This document shows, one piece after another, positions 63,445 through 64,000 of a DNA stretch of 64,000 bases (position 1 is its first letter; each line of letters begins with the position of its first letter). Source of the stretch: Pecten maximus (taxonomy: Eukaryota). A program made the position numbers and the translations under genes. A model generated the notes under the pieces. That model did not search any database, was not told the DNA's origin, and saw nothing but the letters and a program-made list of their open reading frames with translations. The stretch covers positions 34,534,001 through 34,598,000 of the forward strand of contig NC_047030.1 in NCBI RefSeq assembly GCF_902652985.1, written 5' to 3'.

Positions 63445-63815
63445 ATAAGTCATACTAGGCCACAGGGATTTGGTAGCATTTATCAACTCACCATGACATA
63501 CTTGGCCACAGGGATTTGGTACAATTTATCAACTCACCAAGACATACTGGGCCACAGGGATTTGGTATCATTTATCAACTAACCAAGACAAATTGGGCCA
63601 CAGATATTTGGTATCCTTTGTTAACTCAACAAGACAAACTTGGCCACAGGGATTTGGTATCCTTTGTCAACTCACCAAGACATATTGGGCCACAGGGACT
63701 CGGCAGCATCTGTCAACTCACCAAGACATACTGGGCCACAGGGATTCGGCAGCATCTGTCAACTCATCAAGACTTACTTGGCCACAGGGATTTGTCACCA
63801 TTTATCAACTTACCA
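63445..63815. repeat. 46-bp minisatellite, diverged unit-3 copy (~8 units)
   Basis: Same core CAACTCACCAAGACATACTGGGCCACAGGGA. Confidence 0.9.
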
Positions 63816-63869
63816 AGCCAAGTTGTCATTTGTTCGCCGAGCAATGTTGATCCAGTAATTTACGAAATT

Positions 63870-64000
63870 ATATAAGATATCTTATATATTATATAAGATA
63901 TCTTATATGTTATATAAGATATCTTATATGTTGATAAGATATCTTATTTAAAGTTTATAAGATATCTTATTTAAAGTTTATAAGATATCTTATATAAGAT
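63870..64000. repeat. Tandem palindromic ATAAGATATCTTAT repeat, runs off the window end
   Basis: Directly visible. Confidence 0.85.

Larger units (their letters stand above)
38450..63815 (+). repeat. Tandem segmental triplication carrying SLC25A35 (units start ~38450, ~47498, ~57540)
   Basis: Colinear upstream, intron, 3' flank and satellite sequence in three units. Confidence 0.95.

Overview
AT-rich, intron-containing animal genomic DNA. The repeat content (Meta/V-type SINEs, Helentron-type HINEs, Academ, DIRS, tRNA-LTR TRIMs) suggests a bivalve mollusc; this is an inference. Supported genes: (1) a 4-exon CEP15/C3orf14 homologue on the minus strand (20614-24334), not visible in the ORF track; (2) the 3' end of a C2H2 zinc-finger gene right after a 100-N gap, probably head-to-head with CEP15; (3) three intact tandem 3-exon copies of the mitochondrial carrier SLC25A35 (307 aa each) in ~9-10 kb duplicated units separated by DIRS remnants. 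Less certain: an orphan gene built from duplicated exons (12.6-14.8 kb), and a duplicated CLEAR/M-box promoter with an 18-codon first exon (2.5 and 5.8 kb). The most notable mobile-DNA signal is at least two families of miniature non-coding LTR retrotransposons whose LTRs contain a tRNA-like Pol III cassette, present as full elements (LTR-PBS-PPT-LTR) and as solo LTRs with 4-bp TSDs. The window also holds several 9-bp-TSD MITEs and many minisatellites, which account for most long ORFs in the track.
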